The notes: generated by a model not told the origin, from the sequence alone. A stretch of 64,000 nucleotides of DNA from a virus (IMGVR_UViG_3300015615_000629:288001-352000), one strand, 5' to 3'; shown: positions 44,142 to 53,689, counted from the stretch's first letter. Translations and numbers: made by a program.

Positions 44142-44851
44142 AATTCTACTTCTTATTGTTTTCTTTCCAAACGTAATAACGCCCCGCAATCGCAGCACCA
44201 GCTAACGCAAGCCCAATAACTATAAAAATCAATCCACCAAATTTTCGAAAAAATGGGTTGTTGATTAATTCCTCTAATAAGGTTAATTTCCCCATCTCAA
44301 TTCTCCTTCTTCGGAACCTGAATCACCAACACCCAACGATTTAAACGCTCTTCCGAAGTTTTGCCATTAGGATCGCCCTGTAACATCTCCACACAGCAAC
44401 TTAAACCCCTGGCAATGTCCAATTGTGCCTGCGCCCGCCGAACCGCTGCCTTACATTTTCTTTCCAAATCCGGAGATAAAGGCTTGCCATCAAGTCCATT
44501 CACATCACCAGTTATCTCAATGTCACCAACAGATGGTAACTGCTTTAATAATTCATTTCTCTGAGATAACCACTCAGCCGCCCGATCTTCACATTCGCTG
44601 GTTCGCTCACTCTGTTCTTTTATAAGTCTTTCGTAGACAACGACCTCTTTTTCCATCACCCCAACAGCAGCAACACTTTCTTCCGCTGTCTCTTTATACT
44701 CAACAGCATCCACATATTGCTTGATATTAAAAAGAATCGAAGCCGCCAAAACAATCCCAAGGAATGCTTTCATTTTTTAATCGCCCATCCAACTAAGAAT
44801 AAACTAATGGCGTATACCAAAACAACAAATATAAGTAAAGCGTAAACCAAC

Positions 44852-46021
44852 TTAAACCATTTCATACTGCAATTGACGATCAACCATTCGCAGAACCTTC
44901 TTTGTAACGTCTACTGGCTGCTCTGTCAATCGTAATCCCGCCACCAATTCATCCGATATGCCACTATATTCACTACTTCTGGCTTCCTTAACAAATCTCA
45001 TGTCCCTTATCGGATAAATATTGTTCAACCTAGTCGAGGTCAATATGCCATTTGTAAACATGTTCATATGTTCATTAGTTACAACATTATAAAATGTGGT
45101 TTTTTCATGCACAATTTTCTTGTTTACTATCTTTACTTTGCCATTTCTTGTATATGTTGTAGTTCCAATAGGTGAACTCATCATATTAGTAAACATACCC
45201 TTTTCAATATTGAAAATACTATGACCCTTGCCATCGTCAATAGTTCCCAACGACGAACCGTCACTAAATTTAACCAAAGCATAAGAAAGTCTAGTAAATG
45301 GCTTCATAATCCAAATTGGTTTGGCTTTATCAAGTCTGGCAGTGTCAAAGTTCCAAACAAGTAAGGTATCTGAATAATCTACATTTTCAATATTCTTATA
45401 GCCATTTGGTAACGAAACCCTAGTGCCAGCCATTAAGCACAACCACGGATTTGGATCGGATTGAATTGCATTTCCATAAACCGTTCCATCTGCATTTATG
45501 GCATAGGCGGCAACCCATACAGGATTTGCCCCATCGGTTAAAGTAATGCCGTCTAAAGTAAAGGGAAGAGTAAGGGAGTCTTCATAGGAACCAGTAAACG
45601 GCGTAAACGCCATTGTCGATACATGATCACTTGTTGTCGGACTGTCCGTATTGGCAGCATAAACAAAACCATATTCTATTACGCTATCACCGCCATTGCC
45701 AATGGTTGCGGTCATATGTATATTAAGATTTTCGACTTCTAAAGAGTCTGTAGTGATTTCAAGTGTTGCAGCCGTTGCAGGAGCCGTATATAACTCCCAT
45801 TCTGGAGCCTGCCCCGCTTCCACCAGACGCTTTAAATTGACAGCTTCCTGGTCGTAAAGAGTGACAATATCTCCATGCTTTCGAACGATAGATGGAGAAC
45901 CACCCAATAAACCTATTGAGGTAAAGGTAGATTTAGCCTGAGCAGCAATCTCGGCTTCCGCTGGAGATAAAAGATGACCTTCTGTGTCCTTGAGATTAAT
46001 CCTAAATGTTAGTGAATACAT
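44852..46021 (-). CDS. FN3/Ig-like protein with C-terminal Hint domain
   Basis: GG..V.EYGFVY...AYAIN..GT.YG (FN3-like); CLMAGTRV...K.IE.V...D; YNVVT..H.N.F.NGILT. Confidence 0.7.
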   Translation of the reverse strand: MYSLTFRINLKDTEGHLLSPAEAEIAAQAKSTFTSIGLLGGSPSIVRKHGDIVTLYDQEAVNLKRLVEAGQAPEWELYTAPATAATLEITTDSLEVENLNIHMTATIGNGGDSVIEYGFVYAANTDSPTTSDHVSTMAFTPFTGSYEDSLTLPFTLDGITLTDGANPVWVAAYAINADGTVYGNAIQSDPNPWLCLMAGTRVSLPNGYKNIENVDYSDTLLVWNFDTARLDKAKPIWIMKPFTRLSYALVKFSDGSSLGTIDDGKGHSIFNIEKGMFTNMMSSPIGTTTYTRNGKVKIVNKKIVHEKTTFYNVVTNEHMNMFTNGILTSTRLNNIYPIRDMRFVKEARSSEYSGISDELVAGLRLTEQPVDVTKKVLRMVDRQLQYEMV

Positions 46022-46557
46022 TTAGATATATAGGTCAATCTTGACAATTTCCTAATTTACCAACAATTTTACCGCAATATGGGCATGGCCAACTTTCTAC
46101 CATTTTAACCATATCATCGTATGAAACACTAGTGCCCGACTTCCACTCCCTAGTATCGGTTTTCCCAATAACCCTTAAATGCCAAATTATAGTCTCATGC
46201 TTGGTAACATTTGACGAAATAACCGCATCGTAGCCAAGATTTTTACATGTTTCTAACAGATTATATACAATATTCTTGTTTTCATCTGACAAAAGGATAT
46301 CGCACGGAAACTGCTTTTGCTTGGCAAGGTATTCGGGAAGTTTTTCTAAGAACGTCATAAAACGAGTATGACAAATTTGGGTGAAAAGATCAAATCCAAT
46401 TGGAGTCGATTACGTCATCTATGGATTTTGGTTTTCTATCTCTTTTTTCTTGAACATGTTCGCAAAATATGAACACAAAACCCATTAGACTAAAAAATAC
46501 GCCAAGAAATACGATAGCTCCAACAACACAATCTAAAATTGACATTTGTTTGCCTTT

Positions 46558-47169
46558 TTATTCTATCACTTCCGCATCCCCTACACCAGGAATTTCCAAA
46601 ATATCCGAATATTTTAAAATATCAGAAACCCTTAGTTTTCTAGCGTCAGAACGATATCTGGAATATTTAGAATATTTAATAAGGACAATAGGGGTCTTGC
46701 TAACAACTATATCAATGTAAAATGTTTGATTTTGTCCTATAGTAGATACCCTGAAAAGAGAACCAAATTCAGGTGAACTCAATAACCAAGGTGTCTTCAT
46801 TATAGTAATCTCATTCGGTATCGCCTTTCTTACAACTAACTTAGTTCCTTTCTTGACCATTCTTCTATTGTTTTTTGCTTCCATCCAAATAGAAAAGTAA
46901 TACATCTTATCAGGGCTCAAAAAATATCCATGAACCATGTCTTCTTCAATAACGATATCATCAGGACATGTAATTACCATTCCAGATTTAATTGCATCTA
47001 TCGCAAAAGCATCCTCGTTATCGAATACAACATGCTTTTCAGTTGGTTCTTTCGCTGGTTCGACTTTGCTAATTAAGATGTTTTCTGTGAAAACAGGGGA
47101 TTTTTCTGCGGTTTTGAACAAAACCAAGAATATACAGAAAATTCCAAGAAGGATTGCGGCGGCTTTCAT
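46558..47169 (-). CDS. Exported/membrane-anchored protein, paralog of 27232
   Basis: Shared HGY and VKK.TKL motifs. Confidence 0.65.
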   Translation of the reverse strand: MKAAAILLGIFCIFLVLFKTAEKSPVFTENILISKVEPAKEPTEKHVVFDNEDAFAIDAIKSGMVITCPDDIVIEEDMVHGYFLSPDKMYYFSIWMEAKNNRRMVKKGTKLVVRKAIPNEITIMKTPWLLSSPEFGSLFRVSTIGQNQTFYIDIVVSKTPIVLIKYSKYSRYRSDARKLRVSDILKYSDILEIPGVGDAEVIE

Positions 47170-47490
47170 ATCTTTATTTACGGTCGAAAAGCATTATTAT
47201 AATTAGGATTTTCTAAAGGATACCAGCGAATTTGACTGTCATTGTCCTTTTTAAGTTCGTCTAGACTTTTTTGCAATTCTAATATCTTTTTGTTTAGCTC
47301 TGCAATTTCCTTGTTAAGAGCCTCTTCTTTGCTTTTGTCGGGTTTGGGCTGGGTTTGTTGGATGCATGGCGGTTCAATCTTGTTGGGTTCTTCGGACTTA
47401 TCTCGAAAAAAGAAAAGTGCTACAAAGAACACGACAGTTGCAAAAATAACCAAATACTCTTTCTTCATAGGAGTATTTAGGGTTATTAAG

Positions 47491-47574
47491 TTCGAGAGGC
47501 ACGAATCGAACGTGCGTAGGGTTTCCCCAGACTTGGTTCAAAGCCAAGCTGCCATACCAACATAGCACTCCGGA
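47491..47574 (-). tRNA. tRNA-Gln(TTG) with long variable arm
   Basis: CTTGG-CTTTGAA-CCAAG; GGG-GAAA-CCC variable hairpin; TTCGATT. Confidence 0.7.
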
Positions 47575-47578
47575 TCAA

Positions 47579-47652
47579 GGTGGCTGACGGGAATCGGACC
47601 CGCGTAAAACCTCATTCACAGTGAGGCACCTGAACCAACACAGGACAGCCAC
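47579..47652 (-). tRNA. tRNA-His(GTG)
   Basis: CCTCA-CTGTGAA-TGAGG; T-loop TCCGATT. Confidence 0.75.
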
Positions 47653-47654
47653 AG

Positions 47655-47725
47655 CGATGACGACGGGAATCGGACCCGCGTTACAACTTAGACAGAGTTG
47701 CGTGTTACCATTACACTACGTCACC
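47655..47725 (-). tRNA. tRNA-Asp(GTC)
   Basis: CAACT-CTGTCTA-AGTTG; G73. Confidence 0.85.
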
Positions 47726-47913
47726 GTATTTCTTATTCCTTGTCACTGAAAACGTATTGACCGTTCTCTTCTGTTAACATAAACTTCTTTTTATCAAATC
47801 TTTCTTCCGGCAAATCTCCCATTACTCCCGAATGACCATGCACTACATATTCGTCTTCTGTTTCGGATAATGTTCTTAGATTTGAAAATACATGTGCCAT
47901 ATCTGATCCTCGT

Positions 47914-48678
47914 TTATTGATATACTTGTTTTAGATTTACGCTATAGCAATCTTCTGAATCCGAGTATTTCCAAGTTACATTTCCTTCCAAATCTTTTTT
48001 GACTATGGCGTATCTATCTCCTATTAATCCAGACAGCATTTCATTCGAAATTTGGGAAAGCAATAATCTTTGAAAGTGATCCTTTATGGCCCTTTCTGCA
48101 TTTATAACATCGCGATACATGAATTGATCATCAATTACGTCAAATAAATCACAAATTTTAGAAAGTGTTTGCTTAACAATATCCATATTAAAAGTACCAA
48201 AAGAAAGAAGTTTATTATCTATTTGGTCCTTAAATTCCCTTATACTCATACTTCCGTTTACTTTACAAAACATCTCTTGTATTTCATCTATAATTTTTTT
48301 GCACTTCTCAACTTCTATATCGCTTAAATTAGATATTTCTACTAACTTCTTAAAGGTATCGCAATTAGTACCTGCAATTCTTACTACAAGGCGAACAAGT
48401 TCCCGCAGGCTCATTTGATACCATTCTATTGTAACAACAGTTCGAGGAACATCTGGACATTTTGTATGCATGTCCTTAAATGCTTCAATGTTTTTACATT
48501 TGTAAATGGCATCACAAAAGGTATTTCTTATTCTTCCCAAAAGAAAGTCCCTAATGTCTTGTTTTGTATAATGCCGATGCGACCCAACCATAGTGAAATT
48601 TAGAGTACCATTATCTGTCAAATTCCGCACGGTTCCAGGTGTTACGCCAAGTATTTTTGCAACTTCTTTAGTCTTCAT
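47914..48678 (-). CDS. MerR/excisionase-type HTH protein
   Basis: MKTKEVAKILGVT..TVR...G.HR.Y. Confidence 0.7.
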   Translation of the reverse strand: MKTKEVAKILGVTPGTVRNLTDNGTLNFTMVGSHRHYTKQDIRDFLLGRIRNTFCDAIYKCKNIEAFKDMHTKCPDVPRTVVTIEWYQMSLRELVRLVVRIAGTNCDTFKKLVEISNLSDIEVEKCKKIIDEIQEMFCKVNGSMSIREFKDQIDNKLLSFGTFNMDIVKQTLSKICDLFDVIDDQFMYRDVINAERAIKDHFQRLLLSQISNEMLSGLIGDRYAIVKKDLEGNVTWKYSDSEDCYSVNLKQVYQ

Positions 48679-48786
48679 ATCTTTATATAGTTAAATTTTA
48701 TATGAAACAGCACAAAAAGAAGAATTTGTTTTGGTGCTTCCGTTCTTTTCTATCTGCAAGGCTTCTATATATTAGCAGCCCCACGA

Positions 48787-48837
48787 CCCGTGACAAGGAC
48801 CGGTAGCCCAAACGGCAGCCTTGTCACGGGTTTTTTT
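48787..48837 (+). terminator. Plus-strand hairpin with T7 tail; possibly the end of a small RNA
   Basis: CCCGTGACAAGG...CCTTGTCACGGG-TTTTTTT, just downstream of a TATATA motif. Confidence 0.6.
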
Positions 48838-48839
48838 AG

Positions 48840-48911
48840 CTCCGGTGCCTGGGTACGATCCAGGAACAGTTGAGTAACAATCAACCGTGATACCAGTTTC
48901 ACCACACCGGA
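48840..48911 (-). tRNA. tRNA-Asn(GTT), copy 2
   Basis: GTTGA-TTGTTAC-TCAAC; atypical T-loop ATCGTAC; G73. Confidence 0.8.
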
Positions 48912-48976
48912 ATAGTTTTATTTAAACTTTTTCAACAGGAGTCGAAATTATTCGAGTCCAGTTACTATATAAGAGT

Positions 48977-49594
48977 ATGCCTTATGTAGCAACGTGTACT
49001 TGTTGTGGCATAGAATTTACTAGGCCAACAAGATGTCATCCTAAACATCATCCAAAATGGAAAGGAAAACATTTTTGTAGTGTTAAGTGTCGCCACTTGT
49101 CCCAAGTTACCTCTATCACTCAGCCATGCGGCTGGTGTAATAAATCGGTAACAAGAAACCTAGCAGAAGCAAAAGGTTCTGCTTCTGGCCTTTTATTTTG
49201 CAATAATTCTTGTTCAGCATCTTACAGCAATACCAAACGTAGAAAATCCAGACGTTCCAAATGTGAGGTAATGCTGTTTGATTTATTGAGCAAAGAATTT
49301 CCAAATGTTACAATGTTGCCAAATGATAAAACCATGTTAGACGGGCTAGAAGTGGACATTGCAATTCCGGATATCCAACTCGCTATTGAATGGAACGGAA
49401 TAGTTCATTTCAAACCAATTTATGGTCAGTCGAAACTTGATCGTATCCAAAATATAGACAAACAAAAACTTGAAATTGCTGAAAACAAGGATATAAATCT
49501 AATTGTAATTCCCGACCTAGTTTCCAAGGACGAATACGTAAAGGAAGCATTCCACAAAATAAGTTCAATCATACGTGAGTTGTTAAAAAACTAA
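48977..49594 (+). CDS. Putative homing endonuclease (Zn repeats + Vsr/DUF559-like), paralog of 7054
   Basis: LEVDIAIPDIQLAIEWNGIVHFKPIYG; flanked by two tRNA-Asn genes. Confidence 0.7.
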   Translation: MPYVATCTCCGIEFTRPTRCHPKHHPKWKGKHFCSVKCRHLSQVTSITQPCGWCNKSVTRNLAEAKGSASGLLFCNNSCSASYSNTKRRKSRRSKCEVMLFDLLSKEFPNVTMLPNDKTMLDGLEVDIAIPDIQLAIEWNGIVHFKPIYGQSKLDRIQNIDKQKLEIAENKDINLIVIPDLVSKDEYVKEAFHKISSIIRELLKN

Positions 49595-49595
49595 G

Positions 49596-49669
49596 AGGGC
49601 AAGGCCGGAATCGAACCGATGCGACATTTTTGTTAACAGCAAAATGCTCTACCACTGAGCTACTCGCCC
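49596..49669 (-). tRNA. tRNA-Asn(GTT), copy 1
   Basis: TTTTG-CTGTTAA-CAAAA; TTCGATT. Confidence 0.8.
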
Positions 49670-50196
49670 TTAAATTTTATCCATTCCTCGACAACATCCT
49701 TGTAAAGTTTCTTTCTCCCCTCTCTTTTATTTTTTACAAATTTAAGCAAGTCTTTGAAAAGAGATAAACTTTTCTCCCAATTTCCCTTTTTATACTCGAT
49801 TGCTTCTAAAATGAAGAAATTAATTGGTTTCGCATCGTAGTATTTCAGCCAGTCTGAGTCGTTCCCTGTAGACTTTTCTAAAAGCCATCTTACAGATTCT
49901 GCAAAATCTTCTCCTATATCACCTTCACAATTACCGCTGGCTCGACTAACCTCGTGTACGCCATGCCCCAGTTCATGAAAGATTGCATTAAATTCACAAT
50001 CATTATAAACAACTACATCCCCATACTTTTCATTTATACCTATCCATAACGCACTGCCTTCGGCAGTGTCCAATGTAAAATTTCTTATTTCTTTAAAAGG
50101 GATATCATTTACTGTGAAAAAATTATAGGCATACCTTATTTTATTTTCAAAATGTGCCACCACTCTTACTTCGCTCATGGCAAGCGTTGCTCGCAT
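49660..50196 (-). CDS. Possible zincin metallopeptidase
   Basis: HELGH...EDFAES. Confidence 0.55.
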   Translation of the reverse strand: MRATLAMSEVRVVAHFENKIRYAYNFFTVNDIPFKEIRNFTLDTAEGSALWIGINEKYGDVVVYNDCEFNAIFHELGHGVHEVSRASGNCEGDIGEDFAESVRWLLEKSTGNDSDWLKYYDAKPINFFILEAIEYKKGNWEKSLSLFKDLLKFVKNKREGRKKLYKDVVEEWIKFKGE

Positions 50197-50403
50197 CCCT
50201 TGTTTCCTCCAAAATATTCGTCTAAATATTCAATTTCTTTGGCCAGTGCTAGTGCCTTTGCTTCGGCCACTAATTTCTCCATTTCGGCAATTTCTTCGGG
50301 AGTATATCGCCTTTCTCGATCTTCTTTCAAATATTGATTAAAAGCATCGATATCCGCTTGCGTCGAAGTTGGACCTAAATGCATAATTTCATCCTTATTC
50401 AAG

Positions 50404-50474
50404 TGACCCCGGTGGTGCTTGCAACCACATCGTCCTGGTTAAGAGCCAAGAGCTTTTCGTTAAGCTACGGAGTC
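50404..50474 (-). tRNA. tRNA-Lys(CTT)
   Basis: CTTGG-CTCTTAA-CCAGG; atypical T-loop TGCAAGC. Confidence 0.75.
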
Positions 50475-50478
50475 AAAG

Positions 50479-50552
50479 GGCCGACGACTGGGTTCGCACC
50501 AGCATAAACTTGTTTACAAAACAAGCGCCTTACTAAATCGAGCCACGTCGGC
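50479..50552 (-). tRNA. tRNA-Thr(TGT)
   Basis: CTTGT-TTTGTAA-ACAAG; T-loop TGCGAAC. Confidence 0.8.
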
Positions 50553-50659
50553 AATTTTCTTATATTTTGCCCCGCCTTCACCCAGCGAGGCAGAACGGCC
50601 AATTTTGTATACAGGATCGTTAGTCCAGAGGCCGTAGGTTGTCGCCCTTTCGATGGCGT

Positions 50660-50920
50660 TTATTCGTTGTCTTTCCTACGTTGGAAATCTTCTATTATTT
50701 CAGATAACAAAGGCAAACGTCTAAAAGACGACAAACGCTTAAATTCTGTAATTTCATGTGGGCCAATAAACTCTTTCTCAGCCTCTAGCCAAAATTGCAA
50801 ATCTAAGTTCTGTGGGCACCCAGCATCAAGCCATTTGAAATAAGCAGACTTAGAAATTAATTCTTTTTTATAATACGAAATATTTTCATCTGCAATGCTC
50901 ATCGGGTGGAGGTTACTCAT
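50660..50920 (-). CDS. DUF2934-like small protein
   Basis: I...AY.KW..AG.P...D..FWLEAE.E. Confidence 0.65.
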   Translation of the reverse strand: MSNLHPMSIADENISYYKKELISKSAYFKWLDAGCPQNLDLQFWLEAEKEFIGPHEITEFKRLSSFRRLPLLSEIIEDFQRRKDNE

Positions 50921-51230
50921 ATCTTGTTTTAATGTCGCCTAGATAGGTTGTGCCGTGTTCTTTGTAAACTTTGTATATAGAGTAATATTCTTCACCCCGA
51001 TACATTAATTCATCAATCAAATACTGTTTATCTTCTGGTAGGACGACATGTGGTATGTGAGCATAGCCTACAGTGCCATGTTGTCCGCAATTACACTTCC
51101 AATGCCATCCTAATGGATTACTATAATTAACCATTCCGGATAGTTTAAGTTCTTTATTGCCGCAAGATTTACAGGTTTGTTCGTCTAAGAAATCTTGCAT
51201 TGCTTGACGTTCAGGGTCTTCATTCATAAG

Positions 51231-51304
51231 CACGGATGTAGGAAATCGAATCCTAAAAGCGAGAGTTTTGGAGGCTCTCCGTCGTACCCACCGACTGCAT
51301 CCGT
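51231..51304 (-). tRNA. tRNA-Trp(CCA)
   Basis: Loop CTCCAAA; ACGGATG/CATCCGT; G73. Confidence 0.75.
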
Positions 51305-51308
51305 AAAG

Positions 51309-51377
51309 TATCCCGTAAAAGAGTCGAACTTTTCATCCGAGTTTCGTAAACTCAGTGCCAATTCCGTTGGACGGGAC
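51309..51377 (-). tRNA. tRNA-Arg(ACG), compact atypical D-arm
   Basis: TGAGT-TTACGAA-ACTCG; 69 nt. Confidence 0.7.
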
Positions 51378-51393
51378 AAATTTTATAAGCCTT

Positions 51394-52029
51394 TTAGACT
51401 GGAAGCGTCCTTACTATGTCTTCTGCAAAATAGTCATCTCTTAATACTGTCAGAACTTCGCCTAGCCAGTTTGTGCCTTTCCAAGGCTTGCCATTTTTGG
51501 CGTCTTTGGCATCGATTCCGATTCCCCATATTGTATCATATGGAGATGCTTCAACTAACATTGTTCCGGCAGTTTTCCGCAACACTTCCAACATATCTGG
51601 ATTTTGAGTAAATTTGTAATAATTGCCTGTGAAAACTATGCTTCGTGCATTTGCATCCCATCTTCCCTTATCGAAGCCTTTTACCGTTCTGCCAAGTGCT
51701 TTTTGTTCACGTGGCGATTTGGCTTCCATTATCTTTTTGAATGTATCTTTATCTCCGAAGAACAGGGCTTTTTGAGCCATCATATACTGTTCGGCGGTGT
51801 TATAGGTAATTTTGTTTACTGTAAATTTGGAATGACTCCATTGGGAGAAAGGGGCTTCGTTCCAAAAGTAAGTAAATTCAGTGTACTTTTTCATTGTTTT
51901 TGGTTTCCGTGTAATTTCGTAGGAACCATCTGGTAAAATTTTATATTCAAGGTCATAAAATGATGGTTTTGCCGAAATATATTCGGATTCAATGTTTAGT
52001 TCGATTTCTTTATCCATAAGTGCGACCAC
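51394..52029 (-). CDS. NADAR (YbiA/DarG1-like) family hydrolase
   Basis: FSQW; TAEQYMMAQKA..FGD; KF.QN; LVEASPYD.IWGIG; G.N.LG. Confidence 0.9.
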   Translation of the reverse strand: MVALMDKEIELNIESEYISAKPSFYDLEYKILPDGSYEITRKPKTMKKYTEFTYFWNEAPFSQWSHSKFTVNKITYNTAEQYMMAQKALFFGDKDTFKKIMEAKSPREQKALGRTVKGFDKGRWDANARSIVFTGNYYKFTQNPDMLEVLRKTAGTMLVEASPYDTIWGIGIDAKDAKNGKPWKGTNWLGEVLTVLRDDYFAEDIVRTLPV

Positions 52030-52094
52030 TGAGAATTGAACTCAGTCTATTTGCTTGGGAAGCAAGTGTGCGAAGCCGTTAACACTTTGGTCGC
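52021..52094 (-). tRNA. tRNA-Gly(CCC)
   Basis: TTGC-TTCCCAA-GCAA; GCGACCA/TGGTCGC. Confidence 0.8.
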
Positions 52095-52098
52095 GGAG

Positions 52099-52169
52099 AG
52101 CGGGTAGGGAGAATCGAACTCCCATAACCAGTTTGGAAAACTGGAGCTTTACCATTAAGCAATACCCGC
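52099..52169 (-). tRNA. tRNA-Gly(TCC)
   Basis: CCAGT-TTTCCAA-ACTGG; U73. Confidence 0.9.
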
Positions 52170-52702
52170 TTAGTCTAGATATTTTTAAAGTAATGCGAAA
52201 ATTTCGGTAATAATTGATTCAAGGATTGAATATCGTTTTGTTTAAATGCTCCTTCAGCGTCTTTTACAAGATTTCTCCAATATAAAGCATTGTATAACTC
52301 GGTAGGAACATAAAGAAATCCTTGTGTGTCTTCTTTAACTGGTGTATTGGGACCGCCATCTTTTATATTTCCTGCTGGTTTTACACCAACCGCAAATCGC
52401 AACATAATAGATTTGTTTCTTTTTTCATAATCCACATATTTTAACCAACCGTCTTTTAATGGCCCATTAAGTTCTTGAATTAGTCTTTTTTTGACTGTTT
52501 CTACCATATTTTTATATGTAGTCATTTCTTCGGGGGAGATATTTTCGAATCTACCATTTGCTCGCATGGGATGTTTCCCATCTGCTCCAAGAGTATTCCA
52601 ACGACTGTGCAATCCTCGTAAGATATTTCTCTGCGTAGAGTAATCGAATTGTTCCTGTTCTAACAGGTAATCAATGAATGTTTTCATACGTTATATACCC
52701 GC

Positions 52703-52921
52703 TTAATCATAGAATCCAAGTTCTTGTGCCTCGGATACTAATTGATTTAATATTTCAAATGATCTTTTACGATTTTCTTTTTTAAAGTTCATTAACTCGT
52801 CTGAGTCAACTTGCACTTTCAACAAACCTTTTCCCACAATTTCCTTTAAGAAATATTCGTGGGAAACATTCATTAATTCTGCGGCTTGGTCAGTTGTAAG
52901 TTGTTGTGTCATTGGAATCAC
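52703..52921 (-). CDS. Excisionase-like HTH, resembling antitoxins of PIN-associated TA pairs
   Basis: LTT.QAAEL.NVS..Y; C-terminal L..L..EAQELG.Y; wing apparently deleted. Confidence 0.6.
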   Translation of the reverse strand: MIPMTQQLTTDQAAELMNVSHEYFLKEIVGKGLLKVQVDSDELMNFKKENRKRSFEILNQLVSEAQELGFYD

Positions 52922-52936
52922 GTTTCGTTGTGTAAG

Positions 52937-53010
52937 TATCCCCGGCTGGATTCAAACCAGCAACCTGCGGATTAGAAGTCCGCTGCTCTATTCAGTTGAG
53001 CTACGAGGAC
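52937..53010 (-). tRNA. tRNA-Arg(TCT)
   Basis: GCGGA-CTTCTAA-TCCGC. Confidence 0.9.
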
Positions 53011-53014
53011 ATAG

Positions 53015-53087
53015 TAGCCGGTATCCGAGTCGAGCGGATTCTTCATCGTTCGAAGCGATGCGTGCTAGTCCCTCACACTCACCGGCC
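53015..53087 (-). tRNA. tRNA-Arg(TCG)
   Basis: CATCG-CTTCGAA-CGATG; T-loop CTCGACT. Confidence 0.75.
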
Positions 53088-53092
53088 AAAGT

Positions 53093-53584
53093 TTAACTAA
53101 CCATTGCTTCTTTCCAATATTGGAGATTATTTTCGCTTATTTCTCCGTTGCAGTATTTTGCCAAGTCCAGAAGAGCATTATAGAACAAACTGGCTTCTTC
53201 TGCAAACCCTAATATGGTAAGGCATTTCAATACACGTGTGATTCGTAAGTAATTATGGTCGCCTGAGAATACCCAACTGCTATTTTTTCGTAGTTTGACT
53301 AATTTGCCATTGTAGGCAACTGCAAATCCCCAAAATTTGAGCATTCGGTAGAATGCTTCTAGCATCTTTTCTCTTAATGCTGGATCGCTTTTAAATAATT
53401 GTATTTGTTCGGCGTCGAGTAAGGGTGCATCTGGGTTGAAGTTACTTGGTTCTGTAAGTGGAAACAGCCATTGGATATAACTATGGTCTGCTTCAAGTCG
53501 GTGGTCTTTGGAGGCTATAATTTCATCAATTTTATAGCCTTCATCGTTACCGATTTTACTACGGTAAAATTCTACTGCTTGCAT
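53093..53584 (-). CDS. OGFr_N (opioid growth factor receptor N-terminal-like) protein
   Basis: LE..H.YIQWLFP..E.S..NP.AP.L; HN.LRITR.LK.L. Confidence 0.85.
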   Translation of the reverse strand: MQAVEFYRSKIGNDEGYKIDEIIASKDHRLEADHSYIQWLFPLTEPSNFNPDAPLLDAEQIQLFKSDPALREKMLEAFYRMLKFWGFAVAYNGKLVKLRKNSSWVFSGDHNYLRITRVLKCLTILGFAEEASLFYNALLDLAKYCNGEISENNLQYWKEAMVS

Positions 53585-53602
53585 TTTTAATCCTTATTTA
53601 AA

Positions 53603-53673
53603 TCGACCGCATAGGAGTCGAACCTATGTTTACTACTCATCAGATAGTCGTCCTACCGTTGAACGAGCGGTCG
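53603..53673 (-). tRNA. tRNA-Ile(GAT)
   Basis: ACTAT-CTGATGA-GTAGT (unusual G37); TTCGACT. Confidence 0.75.
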
Positions 53674-53689
53674 GGTTATTATAACGGAG

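Noticed and set aside
44852-45440. A splicing intein
   Set aside because: No terminal His-Asn or endonuclease insert, and the host protein is not a conserved enzyme. Treated as a Hint domain.
48787-48837. SRP (4.5S) RNA
   Set aside because: There is superficial AGG..GCAGCC similarity, but the conserved GNRA-capped helix 8 geometry is absent.
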